From the NCBI GenBank assembly GCA_044433515.1, contig JAWXTN010000001.1:45280-109279 (forward strand): 64,000 nt of DNA. Direction: 5' to 3'. Shown here in pieces: positions 19,519 through 29,489 of the stretch (position 1 is its first letter; each line of letters opens with the position of its first letter). The notes beneath the pieces were generated by a model that had not been told where the DNA came from, did not search any database, and worked only from the letters and a program-made list of their open reading frames with translations. Source of the DNA: Rikenellaceae bacterium. Lineage in GTDB: Bacteria > Bacteroidota > Bacteroidia > Bacteroidales > Rikenellaceae. The translations under genes were made by a program, and so were the position numbers.

Positions 19519-20934
19519 ATGAATATAAATTTAAGTAAAACAACCTCTATCGAATTTGACTCACGAAAGGTAAAGCAAGGCTCTCTTTTTGTGGCAGTTC
19601 GAGGCACGCTCACCGACGGTCACCTATACATTGACAGGGCAATAGAAATGGGAGCACAGATAATTGTATGCGAGGATATTCCCCAGACCACCTGCCCAGG
19701 TGTGGAGTATATTCAAGTAAAAGACTGCCACAGCGCACTTAGCCAAATCGCAGGAGATTTTTATTCTCACCCCTCTTTAGAGCTTAGCCTTGTAGGGGTA
19801 ACGGGCACTAATGGCAAGACTACTACCGCTACGATGCTTTACCACTTGTTCCGCTCTATGGGCTATAAGTGTGGGCTACTGAGCACCGTCGAGAACCGCA
19901 TTAATGATGAGATATATCCTTCTACTCACACCACTCCCGATGCAGTAGAACTGAACGCCCTACTGAGAAAGATGGTCACCGAAGGGTGTACTCACTGCTT
20001 TATGGAAGTCAGCTCACACGCTATGGTACAGCGTAGGGTCGAGGGGCTACACTTTAGCGGTGGCATCTTTACGAATCTCACACACGACCACTTGGATTAT
20101 CACGGCACGTTTAGTGAATATCTCAAAGCAAAGAAGAGTTTCTTTGATATGCTTCCATCTAGTAGTTTTGCTCTAACGAATAAGGACGATAGAAATGGCG
20201 AGGTTATGCTTCAAAACTGCAAGGCAGCACATAGAACCTACTCCCTGCGCAGCCTCGCAACATATAACACCAAAATCATAGAGAGCCACCTAGAAGGTAT
20301 GCAGCTGCGTATTAATGGCACAGAAGTATGGGTTCAGTTCCTAGGCAAGTTCAATGGTTATAACCTTACTGCTATCTATGCAACAGCCATAGAGCTAGGC
20401 GAAGACAGCGACAAAGTACTTGAAGCCTTAAGCAAACTCACGCCCGTAGCAGGTCGTTTCGAGACTATACGCTCTACCGACGGCAGACTAGCGGTTGTAG
20501 ACTATGCTCACACTCCCGACGCACTTAAAAGCACTCTACAAACCATAGTAGATGTTATAAGCGAATCAAGAGGCGGAGGCAGGATAATAACCGTTGTAGG
20601 CTGTGGAGGCGACCGTGACAACACCAAACGCCCAGTTATGGCATCCATAGCAGCGCAGTTAAGTCATCAGGTTATCCTCACCTCGGATAATCCACGCAGC
20701 GAAGACCCTTATGCTATACTGTCAGAGATGGAAGGCGGACTAAGCACAGAGGAGCTTCAAAAGACACTCACTATTGAGAACCGTGCCTCAGCCATAAAGA
20801 CTGCTACGACACTCGCCAAAAGTGGCGATATAATCCTCATAGCAGGCAAAGGACACGAAACCTATCAAGAGATTAAGGGTGTGCGCACCCATTTCGACGA
20901 CAGAGAGGAGGCTCGCAGGGCCTTCGGCATCTAA
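19519..20934 (+). CDS. murE: UDP-MurNAc-L-Ala-D-Glu--meso-DAP ligase
   Basis: GVTGTNGKTT, MEVSSH, DHLDYH, DYAHTPD, DNPR (DAP specificity), AGKGHE. Confidence 0.96.
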   Translation: MNINLSKTTSIEFDSRKVKQGSLFVAVRGTLTDGHLYIDRAIEMGAQIIVCEDIPQTTCPGVEYIQVKDCHSALSQIAGDFYSHPSLELSLVGVTGTNGKTTTATMLYHLFRSMGYKCGLLSTVENRINDEIYPSTHTTPDAVELNALLRKMVTEGCTHCFMEVSSHAMVQRRVEGLHFSGGIFTNLTHDHLDYHGTFSEYLKAKKSFFDMLPSSSFALTNKDDRNGEVMLQNCKAAHRTYSLRSLATYNTKIIESHLEGMQLRINGTEVWVQFLGKFNGYNLTAIYATAIELGEDSDKVLEALSKLTPVAGRFETIRSTDGRLAVVDYAHTPDALKSTLQTIVDVISESRGGGRIITVVGCGGDRDNTKRPVMASIAAQLSHQVILTSDNPRSEDPYAILSEMEGGLSTEELQKTLTIENRASAIKTATTLAKSGDIILIAGKGHETYQEIKGVRTHFDDREEARRAFGI

Positions 20935-20945
20935 AGAGCGAGTTT

Positions 20946-21968
20946 ATGAAAGAAATAGCAGTTGTCATTTTAAATTGGAACGGCAGAGATTTCCTAGAGA
21001 AGTTTCTACCAGGGGTTGTACGCCATAGTATAGAGGCGAGAGTTATCGTAGCAGACAATGGCTCAACGGACACTTCGCTTGAATATATTGAGAAGCACTT
21101 TAGCAGCTCTGAGATAGAGGTTATCTCACTAGAGAGGAACTACGGCTTCGCCGAGGGCTATAATCGTGCGCTAGACATTGTCAATACTCGTTATAGCGAC
21201 ACAATAAAGTACTACCTCCTTTTGAACTCAGACGTTGAGGTAACAGAGGGATGGCTTACCCCAATACTTAGCCTATTCAAAGAGGAGGAGAACACAGCCG
21301 CTATTCAGCCCAAAATCCTCAGCCAGATACTGAGAGAACGTTTCGAGTATGCAGGTGCTAGCGGAGGCTTTATAGACTCTCTAGGCTTCCCTTTTTGCAG
21401 GGGCAGGATTATGAGTCACTCGGAGCAGGACAACGGTCAGTACGACAATATACGCCCTATATTCTGGGCAACAGGCGCAGCACTCGCTATCCGCAGCGAG
21501 GTATGGCATAGACTAGGAGGTTTAGACCCTATTTTCTTTGCGCATATGGAGGAGATAGATTTATGCTGGAGGGTCAAGCGACTTGGCTATACAATTAAAG
21601 TTGTGCCAGAGAGTGTGGTCTATCACGTGGGCGGCGGCACACTCCCCCCTAGCTCTCCTCGAAAGACCTATCTAAATTTCCGCAATAATATAGCTATGCT
21701 CTATAAGAACCTGCCACTAGGCAAGTTCATAGCCGTCTATTTCGTTAGATACTTCACCGACTCACTACAAAGTATTGCATATCTTCTGACAGGAAAGTTT
21801 TCATTTTTCAGTGCAGTAATTAAGGGGCACTGCCACTTTTGGAGAGACCGTCGACGTTATACGATAGACAAAACAATACCAAAGCACAAGGTAGGCGAGA
21901 TATATAGAGGCAGCATAATTTTACGCTATATATTTTGCAGCAAGAGGTTTGGGGGTATGAAGTTATAA
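20946..21968 (+). CDS. Glycosyltransferase family 2
   Basis: VVILNWNG, DNGSTD, LLNSD, EEIDLCWR. Confidence 0.9.
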   Translation: MKEIAVVILNWNGRDFLEKFLPGVVRHSIEARVIVADNGSTDTSLEYIEKHFSSSEIEVISLERNYGFAEGYNRALDIVNTRYSDTIKYYLLLNSDVEVTEGWLTPILSLFKEEENTAAIQPKILSQILRERFEYAGASGGFIDSLGFPFCRGRIMSHSEQDNGQYDNIRPIFWATGAALAIRSEVWHRLGGLDPIFFAHMEEIDLCWRVKRLGYTIKVVPESVVYHVGGGTLPPSSPRKTYLNFRNNIAMLYKNLPLGKFIAVYFVRYFTDSLQSIAYLLTGKFSFFSAVIKGHCHFWRDRRRYTIDKTIPKHKVGEIYRGSIILRYIFCSKRFGGMKL

Positions 21969-22030
21969 CCCTACATTATTCCCTAAAAACAGATACATAT
22001 CTAAAGCATTTTTTTGATAACATATAAATT

Positions 22031-22858
22031 ATGACACTACACAAAATTTTAAGCACAGTATTACTTGGCTCATCGCTACTCATATCGTGCGGCTCAGCAC
22101 CTAAGAGCACCAGTACGACAACTTCACTCAGCACAGCCACAGCAGCCCCTGCACAAGAGGAGGTAGCTGCACCAAAGTTTAGAAGCGCAGAGATACTAAA
22201 CACATACCCCCACTCAACCGAGAGCTATACCCAGGGGCTACTTGTACATAACGGCAAACTGTACGAAAGTATCGGTGAGTATGGACACTCGGCACTTCTT
22301 ATCACAGACATTACCACTGGGAAGATAGAGAAACGAGTACCCCTTTCGAGGGATTATTTTGGCGAGGGTTTGACCCTACACCAGAACAAGCTCTATCAGC
22401 TCACTTGGATGGAGGGCAAGTGTTTTGTCTATGAACCTGAGACACTCCGCCTTCTCGAAACCATTAGCTATGAGGGCGAGGGCTGGGGTTTAGTCTCTTA
22501 TGGAGACAACCTAATCCTTAGCGACGGCTCGTCTACCTTAAAATTCATTGACCCTAAGACATTCGCTGTACTTTCGAGTGTAGAGGTACACGACCATAGG
22601 GGCAAAGTAGAGATGATAAACGAAATGGAGCTTATAGACGGGCTTATTTATGCAAACATATACCTTTCCCCACTCGTGGCGATAATAGAGCCTTCAAACG
22701 GCGTTATTGTAGGCTATCTAGACTGTTCTAAGCTCTTCAAAGAGATAGACAATCAAAAGACAGCCGACGTTCTCAATGGCATCGCCTATGACTCGCTTTC
22801 CGACAAGCTGTACCTCACGGGCAAACTTTGGGACACCCTATTCGAGATTAAGAGATAG
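22031..22858 (+). CDS. Glutaminyl-peptide cyclotransferase (plant/bacterial beta-propeller type), lipoprotein
   Basis: YPH..YTQGL, FGEGL, LTW, EGWGL, SDGS, NEME, VLNGIAY, TGKLW. Confidence 0.92.
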   Translation: MTLHKILSTVLLGSSLLISCGSAPKSTSTTTSLSTATAAPAQEEVAAPKFRSAEILNTYPHSTESYTQGLLVHNGKLYESIGEYGHSALLITDITTGKIEKRVPLSRDYFGEGLTLHQNKLYQLTWMEGKCFVYEPETLRLLETISYEGEGWGLVSYGDNLILSDGSSTLKFIDPKTFAVLSSVEVHDHRGKVEMINEMELIDGLIYANIYLSPLVAIIEPSNGVIVGYLDCSKLFKEIDNQKTADVLNGIAYDSLSDKLYLTGKLWDTLFEIKR

Positions 22859-23386
22859 AGTATAGAGACGTTGCCCCTCCCCGCTTCGTCACTAAAGGGA
22901 ACTTCTAAAAGCAATAGAATATTCCGAAGACACCATCCCTTAAGAACCAGCCCCTCCCCCACTTTCTTTTTAGGACGGAGTTCCAAAACAAGCTCCCCTT
23001 AAAGCTAAATCAACGCATAAAGATTAAGAACACTAATACCTCGACTAGCAGCTTCGGAAAAGAGAGCAGCAGTTGAGGTATTAGTCATTGTGTTATGATA
23101 CCCGATTATCATTGAAACTCTTTCCAGAATATAATCTCTTTTTCTCTGATACACCCCCTCCACATAACCGCAGTCAGAGATAACAACCCTAGCGAAGAGA
23201 CGGTTTAAAAAACAGTGATACGTCATTCTATCAGAGTCATTATACTCTTCGTCAAGCCCATCAAAAGGGATGACCGCTATTAAGCGAACATCAGAAAATC
23301 GTGATTGCAGCTTTATAATCTCATCGGCTGCAAGCAGCCCCCATCCGACCCTTAAATCTGTTATAAACGTATTCTTGCCGTCTATA

Positions 23387-23714
23387 GGGGAGTTCTAATT
23401 TCTCCCTGAATTTAATTTTTATAAAGGGGACTTCTAATAATTCCCTTTATTTAATTTTAATTTCAGTTTATGTCTTATTTGGAATTTCAAAAAATGGCTT
23501 ATAGTGGGGCTATATGACGCTTTTTGAAATTTCAAAGAAGGCGTGAAATGAATTATCTAATTATTGAAGGGAATTTTTAGAAGTCCCCTAAAGTTTATGC
23601 TCTAATTTTACTTTTCCAAAGAGGATCGTAGTGGCTCCTACTTGACTTTTTGGAAAAGTGAAAGTAGGGTGTGAAATCTATGAAAAGTATTTTAGGGAGA
23701 AATTAGAACTCCCC
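23387..23714. mobile_element. MITE copy B (161 bp net) carrying nested copy C; TATA target duplication
   Basis: Perfect 21-bp TIR GGGGAGTTCTAATTTCTCCCT / AGGGAGAAATTAGAACTCCCC; TATA at 23383-86 and 23715-18; 328-163-4 = 161 bp, the same length as copy A. Confidence 0.9.
23426..23588. mobile_element. MITE copy C (163 bp, diverged subfamily), TAAA target duplication
   Basis: TIRs GGGGACTTCTAATAATTCCCT / AGGGAATTTTTAGAAGTCCCC; TAAA at 23422-25 and 23589-92. Confidence 0.85.
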
Positions 23715-23869
23715 TATATAACACTGCTCCAAAATACGGACTAGTTTACTACGAATTACAGCCTCAAGATTGTCAGCTATTTTCTTCGATGGAGATTGCA
23801 AAATTTGATTGCCTAACAGAGCTACCGTTTGTTTTTTAGTGACATACATAGGTTTTTAAAACTTTAAAA

Positions 23870-24030
23870 CCTTGTCGGAAAAAAAAAGTACGCCTCCGAC
23901 AAGTCACTAGTCGAGGCACCGCCAAACGCCCACGAAGCAAACAAGCCAGGGCGTACCGTACCATTTGGATACAATACTCCTGCCTTGTTCATCTGCGACG
24001 TTTCTAACTGGCGGTTTTCGACTAGTGGAT
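23870..24030 (-). promoter_or_regulatory. Putative structured 5' leader/attenuator of the SLOG gene
   Basis: Long-range stem 24009-24027 with 23905-23924, inner stem, alternative GTACGCC/GGCGTAC pairing ahead of a U run; TAGCTTTG promoter element at 24104-24111. Confidence 0.5.
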
Positions 24031-24313
24031 AAACAATTAAGTTATATATTAATATTTTCTAATTTCTGTTTTATTTCATATATTTTCGTTTTATTACTTT
24101 TTACAAAGCTACAAAATTATTTTGATTCTGCGATATTTGTTTTCAAAAAATGTGTCTTCTAGTTTTTGGATTTTATAGCAAGGGGAAAAATTTTCTGTGT
24201 TCTACTATACCTCTACTACGGTTTTTCTGCGCACAAAACCTCTAAAACTTAAATCAAAGAATAAAGATTAACGCCACTAACACCCAGCGCATAGAAAAAG
24301 GCAGCAACGGTAT

Positions 24314-24362
24314 CGACACGTCACTAGTCGAGGCATCGCCAGACACCCACAAAGCAAACAAG
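24314..24362. repeat. Partial direct copy of leader segment 23897-23945
   Basis: 44 of 49 positions identical by manual alignment. Confidence 0.85.
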
Positions 24363-24392
24363 TCAAACCGTGCCACCAAACCTAACACCTCA

Positions 24393-25271
24393 TTACCCCT
24401 CATAGCCGAAGCCCTTAAGCTTTGCGGTGCTATCACGCCACCCTGCCTCGACCTTAACAAAGACCTCAAGGAAAACCTTCTTGCCAAGAAAGACCTCTAA
24501 ATCCTTACGAGCTTCTGTACTTACTCTTTTGAGCATAGAGCCGCCCTTGCCGATAATAATACCCTTCTGAGACTGTCGCATAACAAGTATAACAGCCGAT
24601 ATCTTATCAAGCCTCTCGGACTCCTCATATTTTTCAATAACGACCTCCGTACAATAAGGTATCTCTTTGTCATAATGCAGAAGTATTTTCTCACGGATAA
24701 TCTCACTAGCAAAATAACGAAGCGACCTATCCGTCAAAGTGTCCTTATCAAAATAAGACTCTCCCTCTGGCAGCAGTTCCTTAATACGACTAAGCAAAAC
24801 CTCCACGCCAAAGCCGACCTTTGCCGACAACGGCAAAACAGCCGCATCTGGCAGCAGCTCTTTCCACCTCTCCACAAGCCCTGTCAAAGCCTCTGGACCC
24901 GATATATCAATCTTATTGACCACAACGATAGTAGGCACTCCACTACGTCGCACCTGCTCGATAAAGCCTATATTCTTGTCAATCTTCTCAACCGTATCAG
25001 TGACATAGAGCAGCACATCAGCATCGCCCACAGCCCCCTCGCTATACGACAGCATAGACTCTTGGAGCTTATACGAAGGTTTAATAACCCCTGGCGTATC
25101 GGAATAGACAATCTGAAAATCCTCACCCGAAACTATACCCATAATCCTATGGCGTGTAGTCTGTGACTTACTCGTTATAATACTGAGTCGCTCACCCACT
25201 AGTGAGTTCATCAGCGTAGATTTACCGACATTCGGATTGCCGACAATATTTACAAAACCTGCCTTGTGCAT
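24393..25271 (-). CDS. era: GTPase Era
   Basis: GNPNVGKST, QTTR, DTPG, NKID, KH domain GIIIGKGG. Confidence 0.97.
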   Translation of the reverse strand: MHKAGFVNIVGNPNVGKSTLMNSLVGERLSIITSKSQTTRHRIMGIVSGEDFQIVYSDTPGVIKPSYKLQESMLSYSEGAVGDADVLLYVTDTVEKIDKNIGFIEQVRRSGVPTIVVVNKIDISGPEALTGLVERWKELLPDAAVLPLSAKVGFGVEVLLSRIKELLPEGESYFDKDTLTDRSLRYFASEIIREKILLHYDKEIPYCTEVVIEKYEESERLDKISAVILVMRQSQKGIIIGKGGSMLKRVSTEARKDLEVFLGKKVFLEVFVKVEAGWRDSTAKLKGFGYEG

Positions 25272-25345
25272 ATATATGTATTTGTTTGTTATTCTTTAAT
25301 AGTGAATTAAAAGGGAGTCCGATATTCGAACCCCCTCACTATAAA

Positions 25346-26719
25346 CTATTTATTTAGTTTCGCTGTAAAATTCTTATAGAAGTAAGGTATTGTCTCCATA
25401 CCCTTATAGAAGCACTCCAAAGAATAGTTCTCATTTGGTGAGTGAATAGCATCGCTATCAAGCCCGAAGCCCATAAGAATACTCTTGATTCCAAGGGTAC
25501 TTTCGAACGTAGAGATAATAGGAATACTTCCTCCGCTATAGAACGGTAGAGGTTTCTTACCGAAAGTCGTTTCGATAGCCTCCGAAGCTGCCATATAGGC
25601 AGGAGTATCAGTAGGCGAGATATAAGGCACACCACCGTGCGAAGCCGTAACCTTAACTTTCACAGACTTAGGAGCGATTCTTTCGAAGTGCTCAGTCAGT
25701 AGATTAGTGATACGTTTAAAGTCTTGACCAGCCACCAGACGAGTCGATACCTTAGCCGTAGCGATACTAGGGATAACAGTCTTAGCCCCCTCGCCAATAT
25801 AACCGCCCCAGATTCCGCACACATCAAACGTTGGGCGGATACCCTTACGCTCCATTGTAGAGTAGCCCTTTTCGCCCTGCACCTCAGCGATATCAATAGA
25901 CGCTTTGAACGCCTCCTCAGAGAATGGCGATTTAGCGATTTCGGCTCTTTCCTCTGCGCTAAGTTCATAGATATTGTCATAGAACCCCTCGACAGTAATT
26001 CTGCCATCAGCGTCGATACTCTCAGAAATCATATCGCAAAGGATATTAATAGGATTAGCCACAGCACCGCCATAAAGCCCACTGTGCAAGTCACGATTAG
26101 GACCAGTAACCTCTACCTCCACATAGGCAAGCCCACGAAGCCCACACGTAATAGAAGGAGTTTCAAGCCCCAACATAGAAGTGTCCGACACTAGGATAAT
26201 ATCAGCTGAGAGCATATCCTTAAACTCAGCACACCATTTGGTCAAGTTACCCGAGCCAATTTCTTCTTCGCCTTCAAGCATAAATTTAGCGTTACAAGGC
26301 AGCTCACCACTTTCGACCATAGCTTCAAAGGCAGCAATGTGCATAAAGCTCTGTCCCTTGTCATCGTCAGCCCCACGAGCGAAGATAAATCCATCTTTCA
26401 CCACTGGTTCGAATGGGTCAGTATTCCACAATTCCACAGGGTCAACAGGCATAACGTCATAGTGACCATACACCAGAACGGTAGGGAGTTTCGGGTCAAT
26501 TATCTTTTCAGCATAAACAATGCTAGGGCCTGCGGTAGGGAAGATTTCTGCTTTATCCACGCCAGCCTTTTCGAGGCGAGCTTTCAGCCACTCAGCCGTT
26601 CTGTCCATATCAGGGCGGTGCGAAGCGATAGACGAGATTGAAGGAATACGAAGGACTTCGAAGAGGTCGCTAAGGAAGTTTTCCTTATTTGTTTTGATAT
26701 ACTGTTGTGTCTTTTCCAT
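25346..26719 (-). CDS. M20 family dipeptidase
   Basis: YGHYDVMP, ARGADDDKGQ, EGEEEIGS, DLHSG, HSPNE. Confidence 0.92.
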   Translation of the reverse strand: MEKTQQYIKTNKENFLSDLFEVLRIPSISSIASHRPDMDRTAEWLKARLEKAGVDKAEIFPTAGPSIVYAEKIIDPKLPTVLVYGHYDVMPVDPVELWNTDPFEPVVKDGFIFARGADDDKGQSFMHIAAFEAMVESGELPCNAKFMLEGEEEIGSGNLTKWCAEFKDMLSADIILVSDTSMLGLETPSITCGLRGLAYVEVEVTGPNRDLHSGLYGGAVANPINILCDMISESIDADGRITVEGFYDNIYELSAEERAEIAKSPFSEEAFKASIDIAEVQGEKGYSTMERKGIRPTFDVCGIWGGYIGEGAKTVIPSIATAKVSTRLVAGQDFKRITNLLTEHFERIAPKSVKVKVTASHGGVPYISPTDTPAYMAASEAIETTFGKKPLPFYSGGSIPIISTFESTLGIKSILMGFGLDSDAIHSPNENYSLECFYKGMETIPYFYKNFTAKLNK

Positions 26720-26887
26720 AATAAATATTTAAGTTTTAAACGGTTAATCTAACTTTGACAAATATACAAAAAACTTTCCACCCCTGCAACTCTCCCCCAC
26801 CACAAAATAACCCCCATCAAAAATCAAGGCACATTTATTGCCCCAAAAGTTTCCTAAATAAGAAACTTTTCATTACCCCACAATACA

Positions 26888-26915
26888 AAAAAGCCAGACT
26901 TCAGCCTGGCTTTTC
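26888..26915 (-). terminator. Terminator after GH92
   Basis: aaaagccag / ctggctttt hairpin. Confidence 0.6.
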
Positions 26916-26963
26916 TCTTTATTAGGTTCATATTTAAGGAATATTTATATTTCTACATCCTCT

Positions 26964-29261
26964 CTAGCGCTGCTGAGAGAACGACGGAGCAATAGCTTCG
27001 CTCTTGACTGCTCTGCGTTTATTTGGGCGATTTGACAGCTCGTAGTGGATTTGCGCACCGTCTTTGATATCTGAGTACTCTAGATACGATTTAGTCCACT
27101 CCTTGCCGTTTATTGTCATTTTTTTGATATAGACATTCTCTTTTGAGAAGTTCGAAGTTGTCACCTCAATTTTCTTACCATTTCCTAGCTCTACGCTCAT
27201 AGATTCAACCGTTGGCGAGCCTATGTTATAGATATTGCTCGAAGGGGCAGTAGGATAGAATCCCATAGTATTAAAGAGATACCACGCCGACATCTGACCA
27301 CAGTCATCATTACCGCTCAGCGAACCTGGCTCATTACCATAGAACGAGTCAGAGATTTCACGAATCCACTTTTGACAATTCCACGGCTCACCGATATAGT
27401 TATAAAGATAGGCTATCGTATGGCAAGGTTCATTACCGTGCCAGTAAGCACCGATACGCCCTTGAATATCGTGCGCACCAGGTATATCGTCTGGAAGCTC
27501 CATAACAAACATAGAGTCTAGTCTCGTTTTGTAGAGTTTCTTACCCACAAGGTCGATATGCCCTGCCACATCGTGAGGCACATACCACGTGTACTGCGCT
27601 GTAAAGCCCTCTGTAATATCTCCCCAACCGTGCACTGAGCCAGGACCCTGATACGCTATTGGAGCAAATGGGTCTCTCCAATTGCCCTTAGAGTCACGAC
27701 CACGCATATATTTAGTCTCTGGGTCTAGGATATTACGATAATACATAGCTCTTTTCGAGAAGTACTCATAGTCCTCCATTTTGCCAAGAGCTAGCGCAGC
27801 CTGTGCAATACAGTAGTCGTCGTAGGCATATTCAAGGGTTTTAGAAACCGATTCCTTTTCAAGTTCTAGCGGCACCCATCCAAGTTCGGTGTACTCAGGC
27901 AGACAGTCATAATTTGGATTTGTAGCCGTACGTTTCATAGCTTCAAAGGCACGCTCATAGTCAAAACCCTCCACGCCCTTAACAATCATATCCGAAAGGA
28001 CAGAAACAGCGTGATACCCAATCATACACCACGTCTCATTGCCATAGAACGACCAGATAGGCAGCATCTCCTCGATACTCTTATCGTAGTGCGCAAGCAT
28101 AGAGTTAGCAAAGTCAGCACTAAGAGCTGGCTCGACAATATTCATAAGCGGATGATACGCCCTATAAGTATCCCACAGCGAGAAGGTCGTATAATTCGTA
28201 AAGCCCTCTGCCACGTCAATACTCTTGTCGTGAGCGAGATATCTGCCGTCCGCATCCTGGAACAAGAAAGGCGACATAAAACATCTGTAAGCCGACGTAT
28301 AGAAAGTTTCTTTAGTCTTTTGGTCACCTTCGACAGTGAATTTAGAGAGTTTTTCTTCCCACGCATTCACGCCATTCTCACGAACTTCGTCGAAGCTAAG
28401 CCCTTCAATCTCCTTCATATTACCTTTTGCGCCCTTGGGGTCAACAGCCGATACTGCCACTTTTACAGTCACAGCCTCACCCTCTTCGGTCTTAAATTTA
28501 GTATAGAACTGCAAGCCAGTACCCCACGCTTCCATATCGCTGCGGAAACGTTTAGTATTATAGAACACCCTTTCGCCATTCTGCATAATAGCAAAATCTT
28601 CGATAGGTTTCGAGAACTCCGCCACAAAGTAGATATGACGTTCTGCACCCCATCCCTCCACAAGTTTATAGCCTGTGATTGTATTTTCGTTCTCAATTCT
28701 TATGTTCGACCATCGGCAGTTCCACAGTAGCGTGTGCTGCATATCCAGCAGGATAAATGACTCGTCACTCTTTGGGAAGGTAAATTTAAGAATACCGCTA
28801 CGCTTAGCAGCAGTCATTTCAGCCTTAATTTCGTCATCCAAGAGGTCAACCGAGTAGTAGTTAGGCGAGCACCACTCCCTATCGTGGCTATAAGCCGAAC
28901 GGTAGCCCTCCTGCGGTTTATCCACATCTCCAGGAGTGAGCTTCACATCGCCACACCCTGGCATAAACAAGAAGTCTCCAAGGTCAGGAATACCCGTACC
29001 GCTAAGGTGCGTAAGGCTAAATCCTAGAATCGTAGGGTGTGAGTATTTATAACCCGCTGCCGTATCGTAATCGTCCGAAGCAGTGTCGGGGCTAATCTGA
29101 ATACCGCCAAAAGGTACTTGCGCACCTGGATATACATTACCATATCCGTCAGTGCCGACAAGTGGGCGCACGTAATCTACATTCCTCTCTTGTGCACTAA
29201 GAGACAGAGGAGCACACAGCAAAGCTACGGCAAGGGTTGAAGTCAGAAGTGATTTCTTCAT
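26964..29261 (-). CDS. GH92 alpha-mannosidase, secreted
   Basis: YPGAQVPFG, GFSLTHLSGTG, FSLWDTYR, TLEYAYDD, HGNEP, GNDDCGQMSAW; start reassigned to MKKSLL. Confidence 0.93.
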   Translation of the reverse strand: MKKSLLTSTLAVALLCAPLSLSAQERNVDYVRPLVGTDGYGNVYPGAQVPFGGIQISPDTASDDYDTAAGYKYSHPTILGFSLTHLSGTGIPDLGDFLFMPGCGDVKLTPGDVDKPQEGYRSAYSHDREWCSPNYYSVDLLDDEIKAEMTAAKRSGILKFTFPKSDESFILLDMQHTLLWNCRWSNIRIENENTITGYKLVEGWGAERHIYFVAEFSKPIEDFAIMQNGERVFYNTKRFRSDMEAWGTGLQFYTKFKTEEGEAVTVKVAVSAVDPKGAKGNMKEIEGLSFDEVRENGVNAWEEKLSKFTVEGDQKTKETFYTSAYRCFMSPFLFQDADGRYLAHDKSIDVAEGFTNYTTFSLWDTYRAYHPLMNIVEPALSADFANSMLAHYDKSIEEMLPIWSFYGNETWCMIGYHAVSVLSDMIVKGVEGFDYERAFEAMKRTATNPNYDCLPEYTELGWVPLELEKESVSKTLEYAYDDYCIAQAALALGKMEDYEYFSKRAMYYRNILDPETKYMRGRDSKGNWRDPFAPIAYQGPGSVHGWGDITEGFTAQYTWYVPHDVAGHIDLVGKKLYKTRLDSMFVMELPDDIPGAHDIQGRIGAYWHGNEPCHTIAYLYNYIGEPWNCQKWIREISDSFYGNEPGSLSGNDDCGQMSAWYLFNTMGFYPTAPSSNIYNIGSPTVESMSVELGNGKKIEVTTSNFSKENVYIKKMTINGKEWTKSYLEYSDIKDGAQIHYELSNRPNKRRAVKSEAIAPSFSQQR

Positions 29262-29489
29262 AAGTTTGGTTTTAGTTTTTTTTAAGTTTGTTTCATAAAA
29301 AGAAATTTCCAGAAAAATTCTCTCTCTACTACAAAACAAAGATAAAAATAATATTATGATTTTCCAAGCCTACACCACTCCGTCAGACCAGTCGCAAAAA
29401 AGCTGAGCGGTTACCTATTGGAAATAAAGTATTTTTATCCTACTTTTGTGGTGAAATATTAATCACTTTTTCAAACCAACAAAAAAACA

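Larger units (their letters stand above)
23005..23849 (-). pseudogene. SLOG/DUF1273 (YpsA-like) gene interrupted by nested MITEs
   Basis: Removing 23387-23714 and one TATA restores a 513-bp ORF (170 aa): MYVTKKQTVALLG..LEQCYIDGKNTFITD..LIAVIPF..RKRDYIL..GISVLNLY. Confidence 0.75.

Noticed and set aside
28011-28730. 239-aa plus-strand ORF and similar long antisense ORFs (24675, 34586, 43978, 56225)
   Set aside because: Each lies wholly antisense to a well-supported gene and has no recognisable motifs.
26964-29261. GH92 as part of a PUL
   Set aside because: No susC/susD pair or sensor-regulator is adjacent.
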